From: Eledone cirrhosa
Lineage: Eukaryota
Length of the DNA stretch: 64,000 nucleotides
NCBI GenBank assembly: GCA_964016885.1
Contig: OZ024743.1
Coordinates: 310,310,001 to 310,374,000 of the forward strand
Direction: 5' to 3'
The translations under genes were made by a program, and so were the position numbers. Shown here piece after piece: positions 1 to 15,257 of the stretch. Under the pieces are notes generated by a model that saw only the letters and a program-made list of their open reading frames with translations, had not been told where the DNA came from and made no database searches. Every line of letters begins with the position of its first letter. Position 1 is the stretch's first letter.

Positions 1-89
1 GGCAACCTGACAGATACTTCAGGCACAGAAAGTGATTATCGCTAAATGCTGATGTTGGTTAGATTATCAATACTAGTGTTATTGGGGCA

Positions 90-216
90 CCCACTGATGA
101 ATTATAGGAGCCCACTTGAATATATATCTATTGATGGTATACAAGCTCCTACATAAACTGGTATAATTTCACCCAAATTGTAGGAGTCCTATAATGAAAC
201 GAGACGTCCGTCTGGG
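90..216 (+). ncRNA. Type I hammerhead ribozyme, intact core, long branched stem II
   Basis: Stem I CCCA(90-93)/TGGG(213-216); core CTGATGA 94-100; stem II ATTATAGGA(101-109)/TCCTATAAT(187-195) enclosing a second hairpin CTCCTACA/TGTAGGAG; GAAA 196-199; near-palindromic stem III ACG(A)GACGTCCGT; GTC cleavage triplet 210-212. Confidence 0.85.
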
Positions 217-337
217 AAGAGATATAGTAGATATGTCTCATTTAAAATAATACAGCCAATTTTCCACGCAATACTTTTAGTTAGCACCCCGAACACATAA
301 TTGGGAATATAATCACTTATTTCCTAATGTTTGTTGA

Positions 338-3300
338 GTGAGTTGGAATTTGGCCGGAGTATCGCTAAAAAGGAATTTCAAAGAAAACATTCGGTCATAT
401 AATTCATCACGATCATTCGCTTCGATTGGTGCTCATGTGCAGAATCCACCAGCAAAAAGGCCCATATTGTTTCCACGTGCATGGACAAATTTACCACAGA
501 ACTTCACATATTCATCTAAATGAAGGTAAAAAAAGAGAATATACTCAGTTTTATGTTGTAGACAGCGCCCAAGAAACAGAAATAAGAGTTCAGACTCACA
601 CCATTTCAGGCTGTCCCCAACAAGTGCTCGAACATTTGGATAATATTATTCGTGGATGCTCAGTCTTTTCAAACACTTCGTGAAATTGAAGTTCAAAAAC
701 AATGTGCTCAAGAAGAAAACATTGATATGCCAAGTTTCAACATAGTATTTAACAGAAATCGCAATTTGCCAACAGTCAATGAAATTGCTATTGTATTCAG
801 AAACGAAGGCGAACCACGTAGAGATTTTAAAGTATATCCAAGGAACTTTGAGGCTCCTACTGTAAATCTCAACATCTTGAGCCCAAGTATTGATCCAATG
901 ACCTACGTATTGTTTTTCCCACACAGTGAACCAGGATGGCCAACAAATATGACTGGAAATAGTGATAACCAGCAACGATAAAACATTTCAATGCTTCAAC
1001 ATAAAATATCTTTAACTGCTGTAAGGGATAATGAATTCAATCCCCTTTTGCACGGAGGAAAACCTTTTCAACAGCGGGTTGTAAATTCCCACTTACAAGT
1101 TTAAGCTATGAATATAAATTACATACGAGCACAACAAAACAATTTGAAAGCGGAATAATATCAAGGGCCTACTGACCATGTAGCCAATGCAGCAAATACT
1201 GAAGATGCTAGAATCGGATGGGCAGTGATTTTTCCATCATCATTTCAAGGATCAGCAAGAAATATGAGAGAGCGATACCAAGATGCATTAGCCATTGTGA
1301 GAAAGATTTGTCTAGCTGATACATTTTTTACAATGATATGCAACCCTAATTGGCCCGAGATACAAAACAACCTTTGCCTTGGTCAAACAGCCTCCAGTAT
1401 ACCAGATTTAGTGATTCCGGTGTTCAATATTAAGTTGAAGGAACTAATAATTGATGTAACAAAAAGACATGGGATTGGCTGAGTTGTCGAACATTGTTAC
1501 ACTATAGAATTTCAGAAGAGAGGACTGCCGCATGCTCATTTATTATTAATATTTCATCCAGAAGATAAACCAAAATCAATTGAAAGTATTGACAAAATTA
1601 TGTGTGCTGAAATTCCTGACGCAGGCACAGAACAAGTACTCAATGAAATTGCTAAGAAATTTATTATTCACGGTCCTTGTAGTGAATAAAACCCCCAATG
1701 TGCCATGCATAGAAGATAACAACTGCTCAAAAGGATTTCCCAAACAGTTTCATCAGGAAACCTTTAAAAACCGAGATAGTAATCCATCCTACTGAAGACG
1801 TCTGGGTTCAACATTCAACGTTGGTCAGAAAGTAGTGGACAACCGATATGCTGTACCTTATAACAAATATCTACGCCACAAATACAACTGCCACGTCAAT
1901 GTAGAAATTTGCGCCTTCATCGGATCCGTAAAGTATGTGTATAAATACATATACAAAGGCTATGCTTCCATAACCTTAGGCATCAGCGAAGCAACTGACA
2001 GCAATATCATAATTCATGATGGAATCATGAATTTTCTAGATGCCAGATATTTGAATGCTCGAGAAGGAATGTGGAGATTGCTTGAATTCAAAATGCACGA
2101 CAGATCACACGCAATTATTCGCCTTCCTGTTCATATCCTGCAAGAACAGCCTTCTATTTTGAGGACGGACAAGAAAGACGAGCGCTAGAAATACGCATCA
2201 CTCGTCTAATAGCATGGTTCTTGCTCAACCAAAATGATGAAAATACAAGACAATATCTATAGGTAGGCATTCCTTATCATTATGTCTACAAAAAGAAAAT
2301 GGAGCTGATAAAATCATAAATCGAATGTATTATCTGTCCCAAGTATCAGGAAAGATGAGACTGTTCATGCTGCACGTTAAAGGAGCTCGAAGTTTCGAAG
2401 AACTGAAAACCGTGGATGAGATCATATGTGGCAGCTATAAAGACGCAGCAGAGCACCGGCAGTTAGTTAAAATAACAGTGAGTGGAGAAGATGCTTAAAA
2501 GAGGCTTCTTCGACAAATATGCCAAAGCAACTCCGCCGCTGTTTGTAGGCATTTGTATTTTCAATAATCCAGTCAATCCTGACGTCCTGTTCAACAAGTT
2601 TGAAGAAAATTTGACTGAAATCTTCCTTAGACATCACACTAAAAAAATCTCAGTAGAACTGGCTTTTCGAGAAATTGAAAGAACATTGTCTTTGCTAGGT
2701 TTGACATGCTGAGAATTTGTCTCTTCCGATTGTTGATATGCCTTTGATGAATGCTCAGAATGAAAAACAAAACCAGGAGTGGAAGCAAAGATTACCTCTT
2801 TGACACACAATCAGCGTCGGGTGTTTCACCAAATTGTCACAGCTATTGATGAAGTTCACTGACCCAGCAGATTTTTCTTCTTAGATGGCCCTGGTGCTAC
2901 AGGAAAAACGTACCTCTACAATAACTTGATATCACATTTGAGTCGTCAAGGAAAGCGTGTTCTCTCATTTGCTACAACAGGCATTGCGGCTGATCTTTTA
3001 CACCAAGGAAGAACTGTACACAGTGGCTTTAAGCTCCCAGTCCCTATCTTGGAAAATTCTACATCACTAATGAAGATTCCATCACAGCGCTCTGAAAAAT
3101 TAAAATTAGTTGACCTAATAATAATTGATGAGGCATTAATGCTTTCAGTTAATGCATTGAGGTGCATTGATCTACTACCAAAGGAAATAATGAACTGTCA
3201 CAAACCTTTCGGCGGTAGAGTTCTCTTTCTTGGAAGGACTTTAGGAAAACTGCGACGGTTATTCTGAGAGGGTCAAATGCTACTATAATTGAATCTTCTA

Positions 3301-3780
3301 TCAATTATTCTCCTCTGTGGACAGATGTGACAATTTTTACTTTAGCTGAGAATATACGAATAAATGGATAGAAAGAATTCAACGCATGGCTTCTTAGCAT
3401 AGGAAATGAAACAGTCACTAGTGATGTGGGATTAGATGAAGATCTAATAGAAATATCTGAAATAAGATTTCATCTGGAAATTTGATAAGAGACGTATTTG
3501 GTGACGACATTTCTGTATTAAATATCGGAGATATTGATGAAATTATTATCGAACTAAATACCAAGATATTATCACCCTGACGAGAATATCTTGAATTATC
3601 CGGAAAAGATTTTGACTTCTCTTATGCCGGAGGCATGCCCTCGTACTATCGAAGACTGAAGAAATGTTCCATTATGATTTTGCTGATAAATTTGGATCCT
3701 GCTAATTGCTTGCTGAATGGTACTCGATGTTTGGTTTTATCTTCTGAATTTTATATTCATGCAAAATTCTTTACTGATAA
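338..3780 (+). mobile_element. Degenerate autonomous Helitron (RepHel pseudogene)
   Basis: Fragmented ORFs carry Helitron motifs: HGQIYH, PSSFQGSARNM..YQDALAIVRK, Rep motif 1 TFFTMICNPNWPEI, HUH motif TIEFQKRGLPHAHLL (1501-1545), motif 3 KYVYKYIYKG, Pif1 helicase Walker A FFLDGPGATGKT (~2875-2910), ATTGIAA, GRTVHSGFKLP, IIDEA, PFGG, LLNGTR. Many stops and frameshifts; termini not seen. Confidence 0.93.
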
Positions 3781-3835
3781 GCAAAGTTCATTAACGTTTA
3801 ATCAAAGGATCTTTGCTTTCACCCTTAATGGGATC

Positions 3836-3866
<31 letters not shown>

Positions 3867-3928
3867 CTCCTTACCGAGCCCTCTTCGGACTTTAGTCTTC
3901 ACATTTATTATTACTATATATATATATA

Positions 3929-5066
3929 ATCATCATCATCACCGTTTTACGTCCGTTCTTCCATGCTAGCATGGGTTAGACGGGTTGTCCTGTTGTGGGC
4001 AGTGTCTGGTCGGCTGACCATGCCTTGCTCATACAGGAATTGATTTTGGCTTGATTTCTAAAGCTGGATGTTTTTTTCCGTGGCGCCTACACGTCCACTT
4101 TACAGTGTGGGCTTGGTGCTTTTTTGCCGTGAAACCTCCACGACCACCTTGCAGTGGGGGTGTGGGAGCATATTGTCTATATGTTTCAGCTTGTACCCAT
4201 GGGAGGTCGGGTACTCTGTATTTATGCGTGATGCCAGAGGTCACGGTCGTGTGTCATCGCCTTTGAGAGGTGTAATTGGGTAAGGTCGGCTTTTATCACC
4301 TCATCCCAGGTCATCTTGGGTCTCCCCACTCCGCGATTTCCATCGACTTCTACTGCTCTGCACCTTTTTATGCAGCTGTCATCCTTCATACGCATCACAT
4401 GTCCATACCAACGCAACCGCCTCTCCTGCACACAGCATTTGATTCCTCTTATGCTCAGTCTCTCTCTCAATTAAGTTATGCTTTGTCGTTCGCGTATATT
4501 ACTATTACACATCCATCGGAGCATGCAGGCTTCGTTTCTCTCTAATCTACGTAAGTCTTCCACCTTCAGCGCCCAGGTCTCACTACCATGCAACATCGCT
4601 GTTCGGATACACGCATCATACAGTCTGCCTTTCATTTTGAGGGAGAAGCCTTTTGCAGCTAGCAGTGGTAGTAGTTCCCTAAACTCCTTCCATCCCGTTC
4701 TTACCCTAGTTATTGTACTTTCTGAACACCCACCTCCGCTGCTAATTCGGTCACCTAGGTAGCAGAAGCTGTCTTCTGTTTCTACAGAGCCCTCCCAGAG
4801 ATTGGTGGTACTTGTTTCCTGTGGCTGTTTGCTGCTTGCCGTCCCAGCACAGCTGCTGCATGTGAAGCCTACATTCTTAATTAAGCTTCCTGAGATCCCG
4901 CTACATCTCTTGTGTACCCATTGTTTGCATTTGGGGCAGAGAATGGAGTTTCTACCTACACCTTTCCTACATACTGAGCAAGGCCATTTCCCCGAGGGGA
5001 TCTGGGTTCTGTTTTCTCGTCTACTTACAAGGACCTTAGTCTTTGTCATGTTGACTTTGAGACCCT
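3929..5066 (-). mobile_element. 5'-truncated RTE-clade LINE (ORF C-terminus plus 3' UTR), with PHD-type zinc finger
   Basis: ORFs 4471-5049 and 4222-4470 give KTKVLV, FCYLG, GRLYDACIRTAMLHGSETW, RRLRWYGHVMRM and RGVGRPKMTW (RTE signatures). The 3' tail is (GAT)n at ~3929-3940 and the 5' end is broken at a (TA)n tract. Confidence 0.92.
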
Positions 5067-5160
5067 TATATATATATATATATATATATATATGTAAGAA
5101 TATTTTCGAAACAGCGAGCGAGTTTGAAATTATTAGAAATGTAAGCTATCGCCGTATTTT

Positions 5161-5330
5161 GACTAAAGAAATTAAAGAAATTATTTAGCCTGATAGTGGG
5201 GTTAAGAACCCTCGGAGAAATTGAAAAAGATGAGTATTGACGTACATGTACGTCAATACTCATCTTTTTCCATTTCTCCGAGGGTTCTTAACCCCACTAT
5301 CAGGCTAAATAATTTCTTTAATTTCTTTAG

Positions 5331-5332
<2 letters not shown>
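5161..5332. repeat. Near-perfect 172-bp palindrome (86-bp arms, no spacer)
   Basis: 5161-5246 is the reverse complement of 5247-5332 with one mismatch; centre CGTACATGTACG; the right arm abuts (TA)n. Confidence 0.97.
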
Positions 5333-5385
<53 letters not shown>

Positions 5386-6119
5386 GAAAAATTGAACAGG
5401 GACAAAACAGAGAGGCAGTACAATAAATGTTTATTAAATTCACGCTCAGGAGAGTGGGGGGTTATATATATATATCTTACGTTAACTATTTTTCCATTTT
5501 GACGTTATTAGTCACTTATATATTATGAAATACTGTTGGCTTCACACTCACAGTAATTTCTATACTTTTCATTTATATATATATATATATATATATATAA
5601 GTGGATTGGCGATATTTATAAGAGTGTGACCACAGTTATAACACGTACTCATTATGTTAGTAGAGTATATGCTGTATACATCATCTATATGAGCATGTGC
5701 ACATGTACGTAATCTGATATAAATAGATGTAACCTCTAAGTCAATAATTCTAGAGAATTAAGGCATTTTACAGACTGATATATTATAGCCAATATGGGCT
5801 TCCATAAATTTTATATAGCTTGTACATATAATACTATATACTTAAAATTAAATTTGATTGTAACGTTAAGGAATAAATGGTGTTAGGTTGATAAGCCCTA
5901 ACATCACTCCTATAATATATTCAAGTCAATGTAGAGGTGTTGAGTGTACTAGTCTAACTAAGCCCTAGATAATTTATATAGATAAACATTGTTTTGCATA
6001 TCTAGCCAACCATATATTTTAACGCTTTCCCTTAATATGAAATTTGTTTATGGTTTTCAAATCTTAGTATCAGACAAATATGTTCTATATTATCTTGTGA
6101 TTCAGACGATTCCTCTACA

Positions 6120-6390
6120 AAGGAATTGAATGCTACCTCCTTTGTAACTGAACGAAACATGTATATCAACTAAAGGATCGATCGACTTTTGTCAAATCGG
6201 ACCAAGGAAACAATGTTTTCGTCGGTCTTTCCAGTTGCTAATACTATCTATCGGTCGCAACTCCAGGTAGAAGGAGCAACGTGAAATAAAGTGTCTTGCT
6301 CAAGGACATAACGCATCGCCCGCCGGTCCAGGAATTGAACTCACAATCTCAAGATTGTGAATCCAATTCTCTAACCACTCAGCCACAATG
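6120..6390 (-). mobile_element. tRNA-derived SINE
   Basis: On the minus strand, a tRNA-like head (GTGGCTGAGTGGTTAGAG...GAGTTCAATTCC) is followed by a TGTCCTTGAGCAAGACACTTTATTTCAC core. Its 3' part recurs at ~10510-10560, ~37040-37110 and ~50770-50890. Confidence 0.7.
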
Positions 6391-7944
6391 TATAAATATA
6401 TTGAAACTTGGTGTGTATTATGTTTTCGTTTATGTGTGTTTAGAGGAGAGTTTGATTGGATGTCAGACTGAGGAAGTGAATAGTGTTTTTCCATAGAACT
6501 GTTAATTCTATTTGTTTCACCACTTAGCTTTGGTAGTCGGTTTCAGATACTTGAGGCTTTTCGTTATTCGTTTTTGTTGAATGTACTAACGGATGGCATG
6601 CGTAGCTGATATCACATGTGTGAAGTGCTGAGAGAGGTCTCTTCTAACATAGCTTGGCATTTTAGTAGGGTTGATAGTTGTCATGCTGGCAGACCTGTAC
6701 GATGAAATCATGGACGGAAGCTGGTAGGGTCAATGACCCTGTTTTAGTCCCTTTCCGGGTATGACAATGTGATACTCTCAAAATATTTCAATATCCAGCG
6801 TTAAGCTGATATTAAATAATTATTCTAAAAGTTTGTTGGCAATGTTATATTAATTGAATACATATACACATGAGACAACTCATCGCTAGAATAGCCGTAA
6901 AACAGCTAAATGCTGTAAAAGACAGTGATGGGCAAACATATCTTAGAGGAAAAAAAGCAGCAGCCAGTTGTCATCAGAGAGACAATCCACAAGATGGATG
7001 ACAGGCAGATAGGCAGATGAAATATAGAATAGATTGAAAGAGAGGGAGACAAGGAAATGTGCGCTGGCGCACAGAAGTAAATGGGAGAGGGAAGTAAAGG
7101 AAGGTGATATACAAGACAAGTTTACATACACATATCTTCACCCCCATTAACTCTCAAACTAACAAAATAGTTTCACACGATTCCAGTAGGGTGTGTGTTA
7201 AATATTCACTTCAATCTATTATTATTCTAATTACGACGTATGCTCATAATGCCATTCGTTATGTGTTAGTCTGTGGATAACTTGCTTTATTAGAAACAGT
7301 TTTGTGTTTTGTGTTTTATTTGCTTCCATTCCTTTTATTATTTATCTTTTCGTACGCAGTTGTTTCGTAAGATTCGTCGTTGTATTCATTCGGCGGTTTA
7401 TTGCCTGTACATATGGCTTAGTTCCTTATCAAGTTTTGTTGGTTCGTTTAATTTTTATAGTATTCGAATTAAGTTATGGTTATTGTAGAATCACAGCTCT
7501 GTGAGGTCGGTTCGGTCCCGGTAGTTCTGTACTAGGTACTCTTTGAAAGAGGTTTGGGTCGGTGTTAGATTTGTTTATGCGTAGGTTCCAGGCCAGTTAA
7601 TAAATAGGTTCGTAGTTTTCTCCAGATTATCATATAGAAACTATGTAATACAACGGCAGCAGTCTGACGCCGTCTGCCATCCTTATACCAACAATTGGTG
7701 CGGGTCGATAGTTGCTTTATTGGGAGATGGGAGCATAGCTAGAAGGACATACAAGTTTAACTATTCCTTGAGAGATCGATTGTAGGTGTATGGTTAACGT
7801 TTGCTTGGATTTTTGGTTGACTTTGAGTTAATTCTGGTCATATTTACGTTGAAAGTAATAGCAACTGACGGTCTTAGTTACATATACACAAATACGCAAT
7901 ACACACATACATCCACACACAACCACACGCACATTCATACGCAC

Positions 7945-9106
<1,162 letters not shown>

Positions 9107-9135
9107 TGAGGCGAACTAGGTTACAGATTTAGAAG

Positions 9136-9232
<97 letters not shown>

Positions 9233-11524
9233 AATATCCGTTTTCTTTCGATATGTAACTGGTTATTCATTGCCAGTACAGCATTACAGCAACAAGGGAA
9301 AATGTGCAACTCTCTACGTAATCCCTCGGTCGTATAGAAATGGCAACCAAATCACTCACAAATCACCATATTTAAACGTAGATTGACACGCATAATGTAT
9401 AAACTCATTCTCAGAGAACTGTTCACGGCTAAAATGTCTGATCATACTTCTGCGCCATCAAGGCTAGCCTTCGATTAAACAAAAACACAAAGCAAATAAA
9501 AAAACATTTTTTAACCATATACATTATATTGTTCCCAACTAAAGCGAACACATTGATGGTATGACACATATAGTTTATTGAGAACCTCAAGTTTGACGTA
9601 CATCCTGTCCAACTAGAGTGACATGTTTCTTTACAGCCATGCAATCCATTCAATTTCACAGCTTTCAGTAGACTGTTTTAAAACAGGAAAAAATTCACAA
9701 ATATTGTCTTTAATATTTAATATTTTCATAATTCATAACAATAATACTAGAATATTTTCAAAAACTAAAATATATTCATTAAAAATAATACTTTGAATTA
9801 ATATAAAATGTATGTATTCAAAATTCGCACTACGTGTGACCATATTTCTTTTCATGTTTTAAATTTCACATCATCAGAGATTTATTATTAATAAATACGA
9901 AATATGAAATAAGTTGCAAATTGATACATATATAAAATAATAATGGGGTGTTTCAATTTTAGATCGAATTTTATTTAAACTGATACAATATCGGAATACA
10001 TAACATCAGAATAGTTGAAGCAAAAATGCAAGAATATATCACAGTTAGGAGTAATGAACTATACAAGATATATAAAAGTATCATTCAAAAGAATTTATAA
10101 CAGAAAAAAGAATAATAAATGAAAAATCATTTATATTACGAATGGACACATGATATTGTTAGATTAAGGGCTATATATATCAAATTAAATATGGATGGAG
10201 GAAAATTTAAAATGGCCGGCAATAATTTGAGTAAAATATACATGTTCACATTTTTATTCTTGGAATATTTTTTAGAAATGTTTTTTCAGAAATATTTTTT
10301 CAGAATATCGTTTAAAAATACTGATGAAACACACCTGAACACTAATGATACGTAGTTCGTATACTCAACAACTGAGGTATTTTAATTATCAACAACTTAA
10401 TTATATTTCAATGAATTTTGATTCCCGTCGAGATTAGCGTTGCGTATTGAATCTGAAAGATTGTCAAGTATTTTGAATAGTTAAAACAAATAAATTTAAA
10501 ATATCTTATCGTCAAATCGAACCAAGGAAACAATGTTTCCATTTGTATTCCCATTACTGAAATTATTGAATTTATCGCACATCGTGGCAGAAAGAAGCAG
10601 ACTTGAACTTAGAACTCGTTTGACACGTTACCAATTCCACTAATGCATCACATCTGAGACTTAATCTATCGACCCACGATGAGGCAAATGACAAATTTAA
10701 CGTCAGTATGGTTTTATCATAGAAAGCAGAGACCCACTCAGAGAAGTCCGCCCAACTCTTTAACAGCACCCCCTTGACTGACACATCGTATATCAACCCG
10801 CGTATAAATGAAAGGTAAAGTTGACCTCGGTGGCATTTGAACGCAGGCCTCACAGAATCAGATCCTATACTGCAAAGCATCCCATCCAAATCTTTAACAA
10901 TTCTGCGACTCGATCACACACCTAACTGGTACTGTATTTATCGACCCCGCAAGGGGGCCGTATTGACATACAGCTTTTCCATGGCATTTTTGAAACCTGG
11001 CAGGGCCGATCTCCTCTCCGAGTTTGAATACAGCAGATTTCTCCCAGAGAAGAACAGAGTGGGAGAATGGAAGTGAGAAAAAAATATAAAGAAAAAATCG
11101 AGCCCAGTACTTGACAGGTCCTTTTATATCGAGCCCGAAAGGATCAGATGTAAAACTGACCACGCCGACATTTCAACACGCAAACAGCGCATAGAGTGGG
11201 GGTCAAATATCAAAACATTTAATACGACGCTTTAATGACTCTGACAATTCAACGTATAACAAATAAAAACGCCTCAACAAATATATTTCCATGTCAACAA
11301 CAAATTCATATTTAAAATTTCCCTAGACATCAAAAATATCCCTCCCCGGAGCCATAAAAAAAGCCCATATGATATTTACTGGTTTTCAATTTTTCTCGTT
11401 TCATGTGAAGCATGCAGCAGAGTTATCGCTTTCAAGTAAATGAATATCACGCGAGAGAATCAGATAATTACTTTCCTTTATTTCTTTTAACACGTAGAAT
11501 TTAATTGATTTTGTAAATGAACAT

Positions 11525-11569
<45 letters not shown>

Positions 11570-11578
11570 ATGTACATA

Positions 11579-11613
<35 letters not shown>

Positions 11614-11630
11614 GTATAAATGTATATATG

Positions 11631-11666
<36 letters not shown>

Positions 11667-11794
11667 TACATATACATATATATGTATACATATATGAATG
11701 TATATATATATATATATGTATGTATATATATATGTATGTATATATATATATATATGTACGTATATATATATATATATATATATGTACGTATATA

Positions 11795-11875
<81 letters not shown>

Positions 11876-11877
<2 letters not shown>

Positions 11878-13240
11878 TTCATTTCTGAATTTGTTTAGCA
11901 AGATTCTTTATCTGAAAACCTGTGTTGAAACCGATATTGTTATACTTTGGGGGGGTCATGTTGCCAATAACAAACACACGCACCAGTTGCTTTCACTTCA
12001 ATTTATTATAATAAATTTATAAATTTAGGAATTTATAAATTTCCGGTTGGTTGGTTCCACAACCAGATGGTTGTTTATATATTGTCAAAGTTCTTTCGTC
12101 ACACATTCTGTGACTTCTTCAGTGACTGGGGATTCTTTTCTTTGTTTTTGTGCCTCTCCTTTGTACTGTCCTACGCCATCTTGTTTCTGTGTGTGTGTTG
12201 TGTGTTTAGTCTGCGCATGCGCCACATACGGGTGTCTGTGTGTGTTTATATTCGTTTATTTATTTGTTTATTTACATGGTACTGGTTGGTTGTTTGTTCT
12301 ATGTGGGGGTGTGTTTTCATTCTGTCCTTAATTGTAAGGTGTGATGTTGCTGTTCCACTCATGTTTTCTATTTAATTTTGGTTGGAGTTCATTTATGTTT
12401 ATTGCCTCTGTGATTTGTCTAAACATGCGTCTTTTCTGTGTGTGGATTCTATTTTTATTTCTATGTTCTCTAATTTACCCTTGTGTTCTATTTTAACATG
12501 TTGGTAGAGTACAGATGATTCTTTACTATCTTGAAGGTCTCGCCAGTGTTCATTTATCCGTTCCCCTATACTACGAGCTGTCTCACCTATGTACACTATA
12601 TTTTTATCTCTACATTGTCCTTCAGTACATCTTATGCTATCTACTACATTTCTAGTTTTACAGTTAATATGGGGGTTTAATTTAAAAATTATACATTTCT
12701 TATCTATACAAGGAGGTCTTTGAAAAGGGTATGTCTTGCTAATAAGTGTTTTTATGGAGGTACCTGGTCTTTCTACTATCTTAATATTGAGTTTATGTTT
12801 ATCTAGGGCCCTTCTAAATTTGTAAGCTAATTCACCTCTAGGGGTTGTATCGATGAACATTACACTCTGGTATTTATTGCTATCATACCATGAGTTTATT
12901 CTATTAGCCTTATTCCTAGTTCTTTCTATTCTATTCCAAAATTTGCTCCTATACAAGGGCCAGGTCCCATTTGTGTCATTATTTACCATTTTTTCCCAAT
13001 TGGTTCTGGCTCCTCTATATACTCTGATTTTATCTCTCTGATTGTAACCAGAGAACTGCATACCGTGGATGAAGTGCTGTATGATGTCTCTCTAGTTCTT
13101 CGGGGTTGCACATACGGGACACATTTCTCATCACCCGTACCAAATCCGCAATCAGTATGTTGATTTTGGTATGGTGCGAAACAGCTGAGTTTCGGTGGAT
13201 CAGATATTTGGAAGTCATGGGTTTGGCATAATGGAATAAC
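11876..13240 (-). mobile_element. Penelope-like element 3' fragment (RT thumb plus GIY-YIG)
   Basis: HYAKPMTSKYLIHRNSA...LVRVMRNVS (RT thumb), then ORF 12399-13061 with MQFSGY, PLYR, Cys linker and NCKTRNVV...VYIGETARSIGERINEH. The 3' end abuts a long (TA)n tract. Confidence 0.92.
12084..12126 (-). ncRNA. Minimal type I hammerhead ribozyme in Penelope 3' region
   Basis: Minus strand: GTCA-CTGAAGA-A-GTCACA gaatg TGTGAC-GAAA-GAAC-TT-TGAC. Stems I and II are perfect, there is an extra A after A9, and stem III is weak. Confidence 0.7.
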
Positions 13241-13283
13241 CGAACAGGTGTCTTTATCTTTATGACGGCATTTGCAACTAAAA

Positions 13284-14076
<793 letters not shown>

Positions 14077-14404
14077 GGCTCTATCTCCAAAACCGGTTTA
14101 AATTTCATATAAATCGAAGGGAAAACATTTTCAGCGGGGGTTTGTGCCCCCACGGAACCCTTTGATTAAAATGAAATATACTTATCCAGGTACCCCGAGC
14201 AATGTAGTTTCATAATATATATGGCTATGTCGGTCTATCTCCAAAACCATAGGAGGAGTTCGTGAACAAACAGACAAACAGACAAACAAACAGACAGGAA
14301 ATACAAGTTTATATATATAGATGTTATGTTTATAGTCTATTAATTTCTTTTATTATTAGATAAGATATTAAGAGAATAATTACATATTTAACTCGTGAAT
14401 ATGC

Positions 14405-14640
14405 TCGAGGTATTGGTTGTGTTGTTTGGTTCACGAATATGTGGTCGTAAGTTCAATACCTGGTGGCTCGTGTATCTGTCATTAAAACAATTTATTTCAT
14501 ATTGCTACAGTCCTGTCAACTTAATAACATGAGCGGTACATGTACTTTTAACCGGTCATGCTTAATCTCTGTGGATACACTGCGAATTAGACGTTAATTC
14601 AATGAACAATGTATTGTATAGAATCATTTATACTTCTACT
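14405..14640 (+). mobile_element. Degenerate tRNA-derived SINE
   Basis: B-box-like AAGTTCAATACC followed by a TTTATTTCATATTGCTACAGTCC core. Similar to 22180-22450 and 54675-54905. Confidence 0.55.
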
Positions 14641-14759
14641 CGGAAGGTATATAATATTTTGCATTAATATATCATGGATTTGGGTTATCAGCAAAAGTGT
14701 CAACGCTGAATATTCCTAAGACCTAATTGTAATATATTGAAAAGTGAGAGCACTGACTG

Positions 14760-14815
<56 letters not shown>

Positions 14816-14816
<1 letters not shown>

Positions 14817-14995
14817 GAGGGCAATCCCGAAAGTAAGGTCTCCTTCCGATATTGCAACATAACTTTTCCGTTAAAATCCTGTGGATGGTGCTTCAGAAAA
14901 CCTCAGGAATCAAAATGCAGAGAGCATCCAGAGTGATCCGCCGATCTTTATGCATGTTTTCCTAGGAAGGAGACCTTACTTTTGGGATTGCCCTC
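14816..14995. mobile_element. Mariner-type MITE
   Basis: TIRs CGAGGGCAATCCCGAAAGTAAGGTCTCCTTCC (14816-14847) and GGAAGGAGACCTTACTTTTGGGATTGCCCTC (14965-14995), flanked by TA. Confidence 0.88.
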
Positions 14996-14999
14996 TATA

Positions 15000-15212
15000 T
15001 AATAACTGCTCGAAATTCGCACTTGGCGGTAGCGTTCAACCGGAGCTCCATTCTCAATGGCTGCCAAGCCAAGATTGATCATCCCAGCGAAGCGCGCGCA
15101 TGCTAGTTTGTGAGTGAAGGAGGCACCAATCACAACAGTGTTACCAACAGCCGTGCGAATAGTTTCTTTGCGTCCACATCGCTTTGGATACCTTACTTTT
15201 GGGATTACCCTC

Positions 15213-15213
<1 letters not shown>
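15000..15213 (-). mobile_element. Mariner element 5' end (TIR plus transposase start)
   Basis: TIR of the same family at 15186-15213 followed by TA. Minus-strand ATG at 15051 reads MELRLNATAKCEFRAVI, resembling mariner transposase N-termini (..CEvRaVI..). Confidence 0.75.

Positions 15214-15257
<44 letters not shown>

Noticed and set aside
7480-7830. Possible LINE ORF C-terminus on the minus strand (..FYMIIWRKLRTYLL..) and an HHR-like trace near 7165-7250
   Set aside because: Too degenerate: no diagnostic motif, and the HHR core and stems do not fit.
10321-10330. Isolated CTGATGA (similar hits at ~20507, ~24035, ~52836, ~59262, and on the minus strand at ~9871 and ~60371)
   Set aside because: No compatible stem I/II/III pairing around a GAAA; chance heptamers.
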